Notes: generated from the sequence alone by a model not told the origin. Shown: positions 13,155-25,689, counted from the whole stretch's first letter. The stretch is 63,784 nucleotides of DNA, filler included, from Octopus bimaculoides (GCF_001194135.2; 4 parts of 4 records of this genome joined end to end with filler, not necessarily neighbours in it); one strand, 5' to 3'. Numbers and translations: made by a program.

Positions 13155-13575
13155 TAGGCGCAGGAATGGTTGTGTGATAAGAATTTTGTTTCCTAACCAC
13201 ATGGTTCCAGGTTCATTCCAACTGTGTGGCACCTTGAACATGTGTTTTTTGCTATTGCCGCGGACCAACCAAAGCTTTGTGAGTGGATTTGGTAGACGGA
13301 AACTGGAAGAAGCCCGTTGTATAGATATACATATATCTATGCGTGTGGCTTAGTGATTCTGTTTGTCCCCCGACCGCGCTTGACAACCAGTATAGGTGTG
13401 TTTTGGGGCTCGTAACATAGCGTTTCGGCAGCAGGGAACGATAGAATAAGTACCAGGTTTAGCAAAAAGCAAAAGAAGATAAAAAACTACTGGTGTCTGT
13501 TCATTCGACTAAGCATTCTTGAAGGTGATGCGCCCCAGCAGGGCCGTAGTCTAATGACTGATACAAGTAAAAGAT
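13155..13575 (+). mobile_element. tRNA-derived SINE family A, full-length, diverged
   Basis: Head TAGGCGCAGGAATGG..GGTTCCAGGTTCA, core GTGGATTTGGTAGACGGAAACTG, central TA/GT tract and tail ACAAGTAAAAG. Many homologous copies in the window. Confidence 0.85.
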
Positions 13576-14073
13576 ATACTTTGCGCAAAAACAGAAACGT
13601 TTTGCTTCATGGACTGCCGCTAAGCTTTCTCGAAACGGTGTGGTTAGGTGTGAAGATTATCCTCGTTGCTCGTGCATGTCCCCGTAAGCGTGGGCGTACT
13701 TGTGCCTCTGGAGAGAGATCCAACCTGAGGCGTTGCTACACTGTGTAATCTGCTTAAAGTACAACCAAAGTCAAAGTGTTCCTGTTAACGCAGGAGTTGG
13801 AATAAGTATCTGATAAAATAGCACCGCTACTAAAAATTCAATCAAAGATGAAGTATCGCTGGCAGTGTACTATTCTATAGAGCCGTGCCTCTGTCCGACT
13901 GAGTTCCACACACATTTCAACCCCAAAGCATTACCTTTTCTGTAGCTAAGGTAGAAAATATTAGCTTAAGATACTGTCAAAACCTCAATGATATTATTGG
14001 TCTACTACTATGTGTGGGTGATTATGCACTTAGATATATACTTACGCATGCGTACTATGTATCTATATGTATG

Positions 14074-14144
<71 letters not shown>

Positions 14145-14379
14145 ATGAATGTGTCTATTTAACCTTCTATCTATATACATACATACATATACATATATGT
14201 GTGTGTGTATTACATATACGACTATATAATCTTTGTTTACCGCCAAACTATATATTCGGTTTCTAAACTTTCATAGATTACAATAATAATTAATAATACG
14301 GTAACTTATGCCTTAATTAGTTTTAACCCAAGTTTAGTAATAAAATAACCTGAGATTCGGTTTTCTTTCTTTTTTTCAG

Positions 14380-14579
14380 AAAGTAATTATCTTCAATTTC
14401 AAAATAAAACGGAAATGAAAACTGCAAAGAATATCCAATATTATAAATATAAACCCATTCAAGCAAAACCTCCAACTAATAGATATGAATTCATAACAGA
14501 TGAAGTTGATGCAAAGCTGCATCAAACAACTGTTCGCGGAATGTATAGCAGTGCTAACATATCGTCAAATTTAATATAA
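14380..14579 (+). CDS. Candidate terminal coding exon (~65 codons, unknown product)
   Basis: Strong polypyrimidine acceptor (TTTTCTTTCTTTTTTTCAG). One frame stays open to TAA in very AT-rich DNA (SNYLQFQNKTEMKTAK...SSNLI*), and AATAAA follows ~55 nt downstream. No upstream partner exon was identified. Confidence 0.25.
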
Positions 14580-14823
14580 CATTAATTTCGTGCATCGTTG
14601 ATTTAGGCTAGATTGATAATAAGATAACTTTGAATAAAAGATCTTTAAATTACGGATAGTATTTTATGTATATATTTGTGCACTAAACACATTTTGAATT
14701 TACTGTGAAGATCAAACTACTAGCCAAAGAAAAATGGCTACAGTCAGACAAAACAGTCTGTGTATATATGTAATCTTGGAAGGAAAGCTTGTAAGTGCTG
14801 AGGTCTAGATTAACTAAAAGACA

Positions 14824-14945
14824 TACGGGGGTGGTTCTGAAAAGTTCACAAGAGGATCACTTAATTATAATTTTATTCAATATAATTCTCTCACAGATTC
14901 ACTCACTTATTGCAGCGGTTGTTCAGTTTCTCTAATACCTGTAAA
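14824..14945. mobile_element. Possible Tc1/mariner MITE terminal fragment
   Basis: Begins TA-CGGGGGTGGTTCTGAAAAGTT, resembling mariner TIRs. No matching second TIR was found. Confidence 0.3.
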
Positions 14946-16411
14946 AAAAAACATTCCACCCCACCCCTTCTGAAAATACAATTTATGTGTTCCTTCTAAA
15001 ATTTGCATGAAGATTATTTCAAAATTTGATACAGCGAATGTCTTTTCATCAGTCAAATCACGTTTGGGATTTTCCTGTTGATATTATGAAAGAATTATCA
15101 TAAAAGAGTTTTTTCATGTATAACTAAATATGCAGTCTGGTTATATGCACATGTAGTAATCGTAGGTGCCTCCCAACACGGGCAAGATATGGGTGAAACG
15201 TTTAAGTCCTCACTTCATGTGGTAGATGTAATAACCAAATATTTCTTCAGCAAAATTGAAAGATATGAAATTAAATACTTGCCGTATCAGGGTTGGTCGA
15301 TGGTTAATAAACAAAATCATCAACATAATTTATATCTTCAGCAGCCATAACAACAATATCACCAACGACATATTCGGTGCTTACATTTTGACAGATACAA
15401 ATTACTAGAAATTAAGAATAAAGTTAACTTCTTGCGGAGCATTATCGAAAATGATGGCTGAAGGACAGTTTATAAAAAGATGAGTCACAGTATTACAAGA
15501 ATATTAACTAACCAAAGCTGTTAATGATTTAGTATTATTTATTTGTTAAATATTTTCAGCTGATTATGATATCTATTATATGAACCCAACATATATTTAA
15601 TGTCATACTCAAAACTTTGACAACGTACACATATCTTGAATAAAATACGTTTATACCAGAGGGATTTGCCACTACTTTTAATATCTATAAGCCATACGAG
15701 AGGTGCTTAATGAACTGTATGAAGCTACGACAAATCTAATCAAGGAGATATTTTTAATTGCAAGATATGCCAAGGTGTATGCTATAATTATCACATAATA
15801 TAACTACAAGAATATTATCGTAAAATAGAAACGAAATGCTCAATTTCCGGCATTAAAAATATCAATAGATAAAAAGTAATAACGTTCTTAATACAATAGT
15901 GTTTTCAAAATGTTCAGATGATATTTTCCGTGACAGAAATATTCTTTACATGTTCAGCAACTAAACGCTATGCGTAGCTTTTCACAAGACATGAATTTAA
16001 TTTGTCAATGTTTAAATAAGGAGCAGTTATTAATTACATTAGTGGCTAACGAAAACGAATTAAGATAAAGGAATCTATGAAGGGTAAAACGATTTCGCTG
16101 AAGGAAGTGATTAACTCGTGAGCACCTCTCACGCGAGTTAGGATAATGACTTCTAAAAAGGATACTGTACTTTTAAACTGCGAAATATAAAAATATAATA
16201 TAATATTGTCAAGTAGTTGAATATTGCTGTTATTGAACCTTGCTGTTGACCCCATGTACAAAATATCTCCCTTAATATGGTATATTCTATAATTGGTTCA
16301 AGCAAAAAGCTGTGACCAGGCTGCAGTACACCCATATGATCTAAATCACTTTAAGCTTTTAGTGAAAATCATGATCTCTATGGCAGCATTTCTTTCTTTA
16401 TCTCTCTCACC

Positions 16412-16606
16412 ATTGACCGTTGACTAAACACTATTCAATTTTTTTTCTCCGTGTTTTTCTCCTTGTCTCCATATTCTTTCTGTTGAAGAGCGTAGCTCGA
16501 AACGTCAAAGACTTTCCGTATTCCCGAGCGTCATACTAATACATCCTTTTGTTTGTTATTTACACCACCTGTCCTCGTCTGTTGTTGTTTTTTCGTACAT
16601 TCTCCC
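16412..16606 (+). mobile_element. ~195-bp non-coding repeat with a type-I hammerhead motif (Penelope pLTR/retrozyme-like), copy 1
   Basis: Near-identical inverted copy at 32776-32965. The hammerhead fold is at 16475-16511 and a (TA)n tail follows. Confidence 0.75.
16475..16511 (+). ncRNA. Minimal type-I hammerhead ribozyme motif, variant core CUGUUGA
   Basis: UCUUU-[CUGUUGA]-A-GAGC-gua-GCUC-[GAA]-ACGU-C-AAAGA. Helix I is 5 bp, helix II is 4 bp, helix III is the palindrome ACGU, and the cleavage triplet is GUC. Confidence 0.65.
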
Positions 16607-17382
16607 ATATATATATATATAATGTCTATCCATATATGTGAGTGTGTGAGTGTGTGTGTATGTGCATGCATGTGTTTGTAGTGTTACTATTTACAACAGT
16701 TTGATTCGGCCCCATACATCTTAAATGATTTCACTAGAACACCAGTCTACATCATTGCCTTGCTTTGACAATATAAACAGTATAACAATATATTGCGAAT
16801 TTCCTGAATTTCTAAGTGATATTCCTCCCAAGTTAATGAAGAAGTCTTTATACGATTCGTCAATCTTCCAGAAGTAGAATTTTATCGTTTTCAATAAGTA
16901 ATTGTATGCGTACATATAACTTGAATGAAAATTTCTCCAGATCAGAGCAGAGTGCTTCAAGATTTACCAGACTTTCATAGGAAGTTATTCACTAGTTTGT
17001 ATAACAAAATTGTGTGTTACTAGATATTAGTATATATTTTCCCGCTTTATTTGACATTTTGGATGCTATTCTATGATATCGCTATGTAAGAATACGAAAC
17101 ATTTCTTTCACTTTAATAACTGCTTACATTTCTGATTGCTACTTTGACTCTCCTTCAGAATATATGAACAGTATGTTATCAGGTATATATCGATATGTAT
17201 CCGTAAGGAAAATCTTTTGTATATATGTATGCATGTATGCATACAGGTATGTGCACTTGCATGCATACACAATTTTACATATGTATGTATGTATATATAC
17301 TGTAAGCTACAATGAGTATTATACAATCTATGTACCTTCGTTATGCTATATCGTAGTACCTGCGATATGTATATATATATAT

Positions 17383-17772
17383 CTTTTACTCTTTTACTTG
17401 TTTCAGTCATTTGACTGCAGCCATGCTGGAGCACTGCCTTTAGTCGAGCAAATCGACCCCAGGACTTATTCTTTGTAAGCCTAGTACTTATCCTATCGGT
17501 CTCTTTTGCCGAACCACTAAGTTACTGGGGACGTAAACACACCAGCATCGGTTGTCAATCGATGTTGGGGGGACAAATACAGACACACAAACACATATAC
17601 ATATATACGACGGGCTTCTCTCAGTTTCCGTCTATCAAATCCACTCACAAGGCTTTGGTCGGCCCGAAGCTATAGTAGAAGACAGTTTGCCGAAGGTGCC
17701 ACGCCTGGGACTGAACCCGGAACCATGTGGTTGGTGAGCAAGCTAGTTACCACACAGCCACTCCTGCGCCTA
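17383..17772 (-). mobile_element. SINE family A, full-length, young
   Basis: Reverse complement of the 13155 copy's architecture, with head TAGGCGCAGGAGTGGCTGTGTGG and tail AAGTAAAAGAGTAAAAG. Confidence 0.9.
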
Positions 17773-17908
17773 TATGTATATACACAACATACAAATATAT
17801 ATATACATAAATATATATATATACACATACATACATACATGTCCGCAATTTATATGCAGATTCTTATATATATATATACATTTACATGCGCGTATATATA
17901 TGTATATT

Positions 17909-18132
17909 AAGGCACGAACTGGCGGAAACGTTAGCACGCCAGGCGAAATGCTTAGCGGTATTACATCGGTCTTTGCGTTCTGATTTCAAACTCCGCCGAG
18001 GTCGACCTTGCCTTTCATCCTTTCGGAGTCGATAAATTAAGTGCCAGTCCCGTTCTGGCGTCGATCTAATTGATTGGCGCCCCACCACCAAAGAAAAAAA
18101 AAAGAAAATTGGGCCTGGTGCCTAGAATAAAA
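17909..18132 (+). mobile_element. SINE family B, full-length
   Basis: Colinear with the reverse complement of 3356-3571. Confidence 0.85.
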
Positions 18133-19059
18133 ATGTATATATATATACATGTACATATAGATATGTATATACATATATGCATATATGCATATATACACGC
18201 ACACACACTCACTTACACACACATATCCACATATACAAATACATATACATCGCAGATATTAACGCATAATTTCTCATTAGGTACATTCATCAACCACTGT
18301 TTTCAATTTCGTTGCTTTGGTTCATTTCCCATCATTGATAAGAAATTCGTATCGTCATGTGTAAGCGATCAACTCAACATCTTTTGCTGGTTGACGCCAT
18401 ACATTCGGAGTAATCGAACATTTACCATACAAATCTACGGCAATAGGAAACATCTTTTGTCAGAAATGCAGCTTCACTAATTATGCACCATTATCAGAAT
18501 GGATTTTATTTAATGATATTCAGTGAAAAGCTATTGCCTTGATTAGCTATGACAATGGAAGTATTATCGCATTTGTTAAACGTATAGAGAAGTATATGGT
18601 GCGTGAGCATTCTGCAGAGATACGTATATAATCTTGCATATATGTATATAAGCACGTAATATCTCATACATGCATAAATATACACATAAACATGCAGTTT
18701 GTACCTGAGCAAAATCAGATATCTTGGTATAATATCGCATCATTTCTTAAGGCAGAAAGATATGTATTTACACAGTTAAACAGCTTTACATCGATAGACC
18801 TGAAACAAAACTGTCAAGTCATACAGCTATACACACAACACACGTATAATTGTGTCTACCTGTGTATCTCTATATCTCTCGATCATTCTTTAGAAGCACG
18901 CACGCACACACATACACACATACACTTATACACACAGACACATACACATATATGCCTACGTGTATAAGGAGATCTCTTACAACGTATTTCCGGTTCAGTT
19001 CCACTACGCGGCACTGCAGCCTGCTATCTTCTACAATACCTATTGGACACCGCCCACGA

Positions 19060-19341
19060 TGAGTATTTAGTAGACGGAGACTGTGCTGAAACTCAATATA
19101 TGTCTGCGCGTGTATGTGTGTATGTGTGTGCTTTGTGTCTGTTTCTCATCCTCATCGTCACTTGACAACTAACTATGGTTCCTTTACGTCCTCCCAGCTT
19201 CGTGATTCGACAAATGAAACAAATTCGAAACATACAAGACTTAAGAGTAATTACTGCGAAAATGGTGCTTCAGTATGGCCGCAATCCCATTAACCTATGG
19301 CTGACACAAATAAGTGATAAAAGGTAAAAGGTATGTTAGTG

Positions 19342-19381
<40 letters not shown>

Positions 19382-19445
19382 ACTGCGGCCATGCTGTAGC
19401 ACCACCTTTAGTCAAGCAAATCGACCCCAGGTCTTATTCTTTCAG
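19060..19445. mobile_element. Old SINE A copy (+) abutting an inverted SINE A tail (-) across (TA)n
   Basis: The plus copy is degenerate (TAGTAGACGGAGACTG...AGTATGGCCGCA). The minus-strand tail TTTGACTGCGGCCATGCTG..CAAATCGACCCC is at 19378-19445. Confidence 0.6.
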
Positions 19446-19859
19446 TAAGGAGCTGGAATACATATGATTCAAATTTCATAAAAAAATTGCATATGAGGGT
19501 TCTTTCCCTCTTTACACACCCTAAAAAATATTAATCATGAGACATGTATCACATACTATTGATCTTTATGCGCATATTCCNNNNNNNNNNNNNNNNNNNN
19601 NNNNNNNNNNNNNNNNNNNNNNNNNNNNNNNNNNNNNNNNNNNNNNNNNNNNNNNNNNNNNNNNNNNNNNNNNNNNNNNNNNNNNNNNNNNNNNNNNNNN
19701 NNNNNNNNNNNNNNNNNNNNNNNNNNNNNNNNNNNNNNNNNNNNNNNNNNNNNNNNNNNNNNNNNNNNNNNNNNNNNNNNNNNNNNNNNNNNNNNNNNNN
19801 NNNNNNNNNNNNNGTCTTACAGTATGCCTGTATATATGTGAGAGTATAGTTTCACTTTA

Positions 19860-21290
19860 ATAGTTTCAGTATGAAATTGAAAGTATTGAAGTGAAAGTAT
19901 ATGAAATTACAGTAGCGACATGTTATTGTTTCACTTTTGACATGTAATACTGAAATAGTGGAATAGTTTCAGTGTTAAAGTGAAAATATCTGATATTACA
20001 GTAGAGTGATGTTATTGTTTCACTTTTGACACGTAATAAAGAAATATTGGGGGGGGGGGATATTATATTGCTGTGGGCTGAACAATGCAAGAAGTTAAAA
20101 ATTGTTTTGGCCTAAGACACTATATGGACCCTAAGTAAGGCATGTGTTAATTTGGAATGAAATTGGTTATGTAGTTCTCGAGTTTTAGGGATTCACACAG
20201 ACACACATTATCATCTTTATATATCTGATATTTATGCGCATATTCGAAAATTCTAGTGTTATGGACTCTGTGAAAAGGATTTTGCTCCTGAAAAATGGAG
20301 CTCTTGGAGCTGAAAAATGTTGGAGTTAAGGCCCCAATTGGGGGTGGGTGTGTTAATGTCAACCAGAGGAGTTGAATTGTTGGGAATGTTTGAATATTGT
20401 TTGAATTTCTTTGAAATAGGAAATATATGTATGTTCACTGGGTTTGTAAAAGAGAGTAAAGCTACAGGAAACCAAAAGACGAATGATCACGATAATCAGT
20501 CGGCTACCCTAGCGTACTCGTTACTACTCCCCAATGTAGGATTCCTCAACATACAGGTGACAGGCACAGATATAAGATGCATTACGGATCTATAGCAGTT
20601 GGAAGGGGATGACCCAATTGAAATAACAACGTGTGACGTTTGGAGTAAACGAAAATGAAAGTGTCGCCTCTGGAGTTTGCAAATGACCACTATACCGAGA
20701 GGTAACTGGGCAGAAAAACTTTACAATCAATAAATGTCTTAAAACAACCAGTTACTCATCTGGGAAGGCCTTGAAATCAATGTTACCAACTGGGGACTAT
20801 GTGTGACTCAGTGATAATATAAAGACTCAAAGGAGGTCTACAACGAAATAATTTTACTCAACACTTTGCAAGTGAATCAGTGGAGGCAAAGATGCGTCTC
20901 ATTTACTTGACAATTTATGCACCACATTGCAGAAATGACAATGTAAGTATATCTGAAAGGATAGTCTTACACTGTTGTCCCGTTGAATTACAAATAATGC
21001 TCACCTGTTATGTTCAGGCGACACTATAGCTTTCAATAGTACAACTGTATTCCTCTTTGCTTAGGAACAATGAATAAATTGTGGGCGTGAAGTCCTGGTG
21101 TGCTCGAACTATGCAAGAAGTTAAACATTTTTGTTTGACTAAAACACAACCGGGACCCTAAGTAAGGCATATGTAAAATTTGAATGAAATTGGTTGTGTA
21201 ATTCTGGAGTTTTAGGGATTCAAACAGACACACACACAGACACACAGACACACAGACACACAGACATACATTCTCAATTTTATATATATA
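19860..21290. mobile_element. Element(s) with a duplicated ~120-bp module resembling Helentron/DINE-1-type non-autonomous ends
   Basis: AAGAAGTTAAA..GGACCCTAAGTAAGGCAT..GAATGAAATTGGTT..GAGTTTTAGGGATTCA.ACAGACACAC occurs at ~20090-20205 and ~21115-21235, ending in TTTATATAT..AT. A ~100-bp tandem duplication lies at 19860-20040. The family assignment is inferred. Confidence 0.4.
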
Positions 21291-21299
21291 TAGATATAT

Positions 21300-21443
21300 A
21301 TATACGACGGGCTTCTTTCAGTTTTCGTCTACCAAACCCACTTACAAGGCTTTGGTCGGCCCGAGAGTAAAGTAGAAGATATTTGCCCTAGGTGTTAGAC
21401 AGTGGGACTGAATCCAGAACCATGTGGTTGGTAAGCAAGCTAC
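21300..21443 (-). mobile_element. SINE family A, 5' half, interrupted; its head continues at 23821-23860
   Basis: The SINE stops at GTAAGCAAGCTAC (21431-21443) and resumes at GTAAGCAAGCAACTTACCACACAGCCACTTCTGCGCCTA (from 23821). Confidence 0.85.
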
Positions 21444-23820
21444 TGTATTTCAATAACTTCGCCATTAACGGCGTTACATATAGGGGACAAAGTTAGACAG
21501 ACATAAAGTAGCTGCCGGCTGGACATGAACATTAATGAGATGAGGGTGATAAGGATGAAACAAATAATGAGAGAGGCACCAGCGCCCGCCGACTGATAAC
21601 CCCTCGAAAACAATGTTCTTTTTTTTTCCTCTAAAAAACACTTATGAGGTTGCAAACTTCTTACGCTATCAATATTATAATTTTTACACAATTTCAATAT
21701 ATTAAAAATTCACAATTTTCATCACTCCCTCCCTCCGCAAGCAGATATGCTGCCCCTGACAAACAAGTTTCTATTGTTAGGCTTGAATTTGCAGCGAGGT
21801 AGAAGAAATCCTTCTGGTTACGTTCTTCTATGACTTTTGCCATCATGTTGTCCGTTATAACCTCCGCAGCCACCTGCGGAGGCCATGTGGAACTACTCGC
21901 ACACTCCTTGTAGTTCCTATCTTGGCTGCACTCGCGGTCCAAGAGCTCATTCACAGTCCCTCCCTCATGGTACAGGATAACATAAAAATCAGGATCTTCA
22001 CTGGGAGGGACGTCACACCACTCTGTCATCAGCACAATTCCCGCTGACTGAGACTTCCTCTTCGGTGGAACATTTCCCACCAGAGGGACATCGGGTTCGG
22101 TCGGCAATTCCGCCGCCCGTCTCCCGTTCTTCTCCCCCTTTTTCCTGTTTTTTTAAAATTTCTACTGCAAGAGCTGGGGCCTCCGTCGGCATACCCGAGG
22201 GGCCCTCCTCTTCTCCCGCAGTATTTACTGGTGAGCAACTATCGTTGCTCATCTTTCTTTATCGTTTCGTGGAGGCTTCTGCCTCCACGACTTCCTCCGT
22301 CTCCCCCACCAATGTGTGTGTGTGTGGGGGGGGATGGCACCTTTTCTTTTTCTTTTGCTTCGGGGCCTTACCTCGGCCCTCGGGGCAGTTATTTTTGATG
22401 TGGCTAGGTTCCAGGCACAGGTGACACTTGGAAGGGTGACCCTCAATTATCACCGGATCTCTGGACTCGGCTATCATCAAGAAATCAGGGAAGCACATGT
22501 CCTCTACGGCCACTGGGGTTCACAAGGTCAATGTCGCCTTGGCACCCTACCAGTTGACCGCAGGTGATATGTGAACATTAAGGAGCTTTGGCCCACTGTC
22601 CTCCAAGCCCTGCCGGATGGTATCAGCGATCCACTCGGCTTTGGCACGTGGGAGCAGCCCACAAACCCAGGTTCTGATTATTCTCCTCCTGCAGTAAGAG
22701 GGGTGGAACAAAATTTCCTTCCCCTGTAGAGGCTGGCTGGCTACATTAGCAGCTTCTTCAAGGGAGTCAAACAACAACCAAACTGTTGCGAATTTGACTC
22801 CCCTCGAGACAAAAAATTTCTTCGCTGGCAAACAAATTGCGAGCTCCCTTTCAACAATCTCTTCGTTGAAGACGGCAATGGTATTGCGTAACCTACAACA
22901 GGTCCACAAGACCACTGTCCTCTTCTCAGTCTCTTTCAACCACTGCCTGGGTGGGCACACCTCCCATTCCACAACAGTGCTTCCCTTATGCGACGCCATG
23001 TCTGTTCAAATCAAAAACAGTTCCAAGAAAACAAACACAGTTCACAAAGATAGAAAAAAAAAATTAACAAAAAAAGAAGGGACAGAATAGAAAGAAAAGA
23101 AAAAGAAAGAAAAAAAGGAATGAGAAAAATGGGATAGTCCAAAACAAAAGAAAGTCACAGATACTCCAGTAAAATTCCGGGCTCTTCAATGAGGTACTCC
23201 AATACAGTTTTTCGGCTAGACGCCAAAGAAAAATCTTCGCTACTGTAGTGGAGCAAACCTCCTACCACAGACAGCGGACACACAATTTTGTTCGTAAAAC
23301 GAACACACAGAGTTTTCGGCTAAAATGCCGAACAAAAGTTTTTACCGCTGTGGTGAAACGAAACCGTCCACCACAGACAGCAATCACACTACTTGTTCGT
23401 AACCACGAACAAAAATTCCGCCAGAGCAAGCTAAAACGTCACAAAGCTGGACAGCAATCTGCTGAAAAAAAAATTAACAGGCAACAAATTACCGCCCAGC
23501 TGAATAACAAAATTGAACTACTCCGGCGAACTTTCAAATTGTTTTTTTTTTCAAAAAAATTTGAAATGTGGCGGCACACCCACCAACACGAGGAACACAA
23601 TTTGCTCGCAGAGCGAGCAGCAACTTCAGTCGCCGTAGGCAGGCGAAATTTCCCCAGAGTTGGGCGAAATTTACTGAAAAAAATTAAAACACAATAAATT
23701 ACACCCAGCTCAAAAAAAAAAAAAACCAACTCCACCTACCTCAGTCGACTTCACTTGGTTCAATTTTGGACGGTGTTAAACACACGTCCTCCTTCGTGCA
23801 ACTGAACTCCGGAACCGGAA
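21444..23820 (-). mobile_element. Tx1/L1-clade derivative with 5'UTR, pseudogenised ORF1 (22999-21694) and 3' end, but ORF2 essentially absent
   Basis: ORF1 has a gag-like zinc knuckle CHLCLEPSHIKNNC, broken by stops and a frameshift. The 3' terminal motif is shared with the Tx1 copy at 4429-6202. A 13-bp duplication with one mismatch flanks the insert. Confidence 0.8.
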
Positions 23821-23872
23821 GTAAGCAAGCAACTTACCACACAGCCACTTCTGCGCCTACATTTGAGAACGA

Positions 23873-24150
23873 GTATGGTTTAATGGTTAGTGTATTCGAC
23901 CCACCATTAAAATGTTATGAGTTCGATACATACGTTACTCCAGTCCACTAGGCTGTCAAAAATGATTAGTCGAGGTAATTGAAAGGGCCAGCTTCGCAAC
24001 ATTCTATGTCACATTGAATTTATCTGAGATATACTTTGAAGGTGCACGTGCCTGTGGAGTGTTCAGCCACTTGCACGTTGATTTCTTCATCAGGTTGTTC
24101 CTTTGATCGGATCATCTGGAACACTCGTCGTCGCGATAGACGAAGTACCA
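23873..24150 (+). mobile_element. tRNA-derived SINE family D, degenerate
   Basis: A-box-like TGGTTTAATGGTTAG and B-box-like GAGTTCGATAC, followed by a non-coding body. It is a single copy here, so the family status is inferred. Confidence 0.5.
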
Positions 24151-25159
24151 GTTCAGTTGTGTATTTAGCCACTTCCCTTTTCATGCAAATGGTCAACGGA
24201 ATATGGAGGTGAATTGAATGTACAAAGAATATTTGAAGACATATTGAATTCCTTCCTCTTTCTACCACAATTCAGATGTGCTCTAGAGTATATACTACTG
24301 TGAAGCCGAAATGTTATGTGTATAAACTTTTAAATCATTATCATCATGAACATGATTATGAACATGATCGTCGTCGTCGTCCTCATCATCATCATCATCA
24401 GCAGCAGCATCAACATCAAGAACAACATCAAAATTATCACCTTCTTCACCATCACCACCACCACCAACAACAACAACAGTATCAGTATGAAAAAATCCAC
24501 CTCCTCACCCTCCTCCGCCTCATCCTAATCAGTATCGTCACCGTCCTCCTCCACGTCATCATTGTGAGCGCCATCCTCTTTAGATTCTTCGCCACCATCA
24601 CTTCAGTTGTTCAATCTACTTATTCATCTTCGTTATATTATTCATCTTCAGGATAGCATCTTCCCTATATTGATATTTTTCTATACTTTTCTATTTTATT
24701 GTTTTGTTTTAAAAGAATTAGTATTTTGTTTATCTCACCAACATATCGCAACTTTAGTAGAATACTACTTGGATATGTATTATAGAAGAAAGAGAATCTC
24801 TTATATGCAAAGCGCTCGTCTGGCACCAAATTAAGTCTCTTACCATTTCGTCAGACACCACCTGAGTCACCATAAATAATAGAGGAACTTGTTCGATTTA
24901 ATAATGTAGGTTAAGACCTACATAAGCATATCAGCTGTAATCTCAGAATGCAGTAAATGTTCCTGATATGCTCTTTCACAATAAATGTCAATGATTCCTC
25001 TCAAGACAGCTGTCGCAGACACAGCTCGGCATCAGGAGAGAACGGTCGTATACATAAGCTCTTCACTAAAGTAAATGTAATTGCTAAATATCTCATGAAA
25101 AATAAACACGGGAAATAAATGCGTAAAGAAATAAATAAGAATTCTTTATAATGGAAATA

Positions 25160-25352
25160 ATATTGGTTTGAAATGTTGGCACAAGGCCAGCAGTTTTGCG
25201 GGTGTGGGATAAGTCAGTTACATAGACCCCTGTCATTAACTGGTACTTATTTTATCGACACCCAAAAGGATGAACAGCAAAGACGACTGCTGGGGGAATT
25301 TGAACAAAGAACGTAAAGACGGATGAAGCGCTGCTAAGTATTTCGTCCGGCT
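25160..25352 (-). mobile_element. SINE family B, diverged, head truncated
   Basis: GGCACAAGGCCAG..ACTGGTACTTATTTTATCGAC..GAATTTGAAC..GCTAAGTATTTCG matches the other family B copies. Confidence 0.8.
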
Positions 25353-25689
25353 GTCAATACTTTAAGGAACAATGCAAATGAAAATCAAAATCGGAATTTT
25401 ATGTTGTAAGTAATACATTTAACATATAATAATAACGCAATGGAAAATGATACAACTAATACATCAAGATTAGTATGGACTCATGAACGAATATTTTCAT
25501 TTGAAACTTCCGGTAATTGAGGAGAGCTTTTCGGAAACTGAATATCGGTCCTGTTATTTTAAACCAATTTTTAAAAATCAACCAAACACACAACTGAAGG
25601 AAAGGATAAACTGACCAGAGAGATAAAAATATATTACATACAGCAAGTGCTGTTCATGATTGCTTCAAAAACTAGTAATGCTACGACGC

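Noticed and set aside
23873-23945. tRNA-like A/B boxes
   Set aside because: No cloverleaf forms, and it continues into a SINE-like body, so it is not a tRNA gene. The same applies to the other SINE heads.
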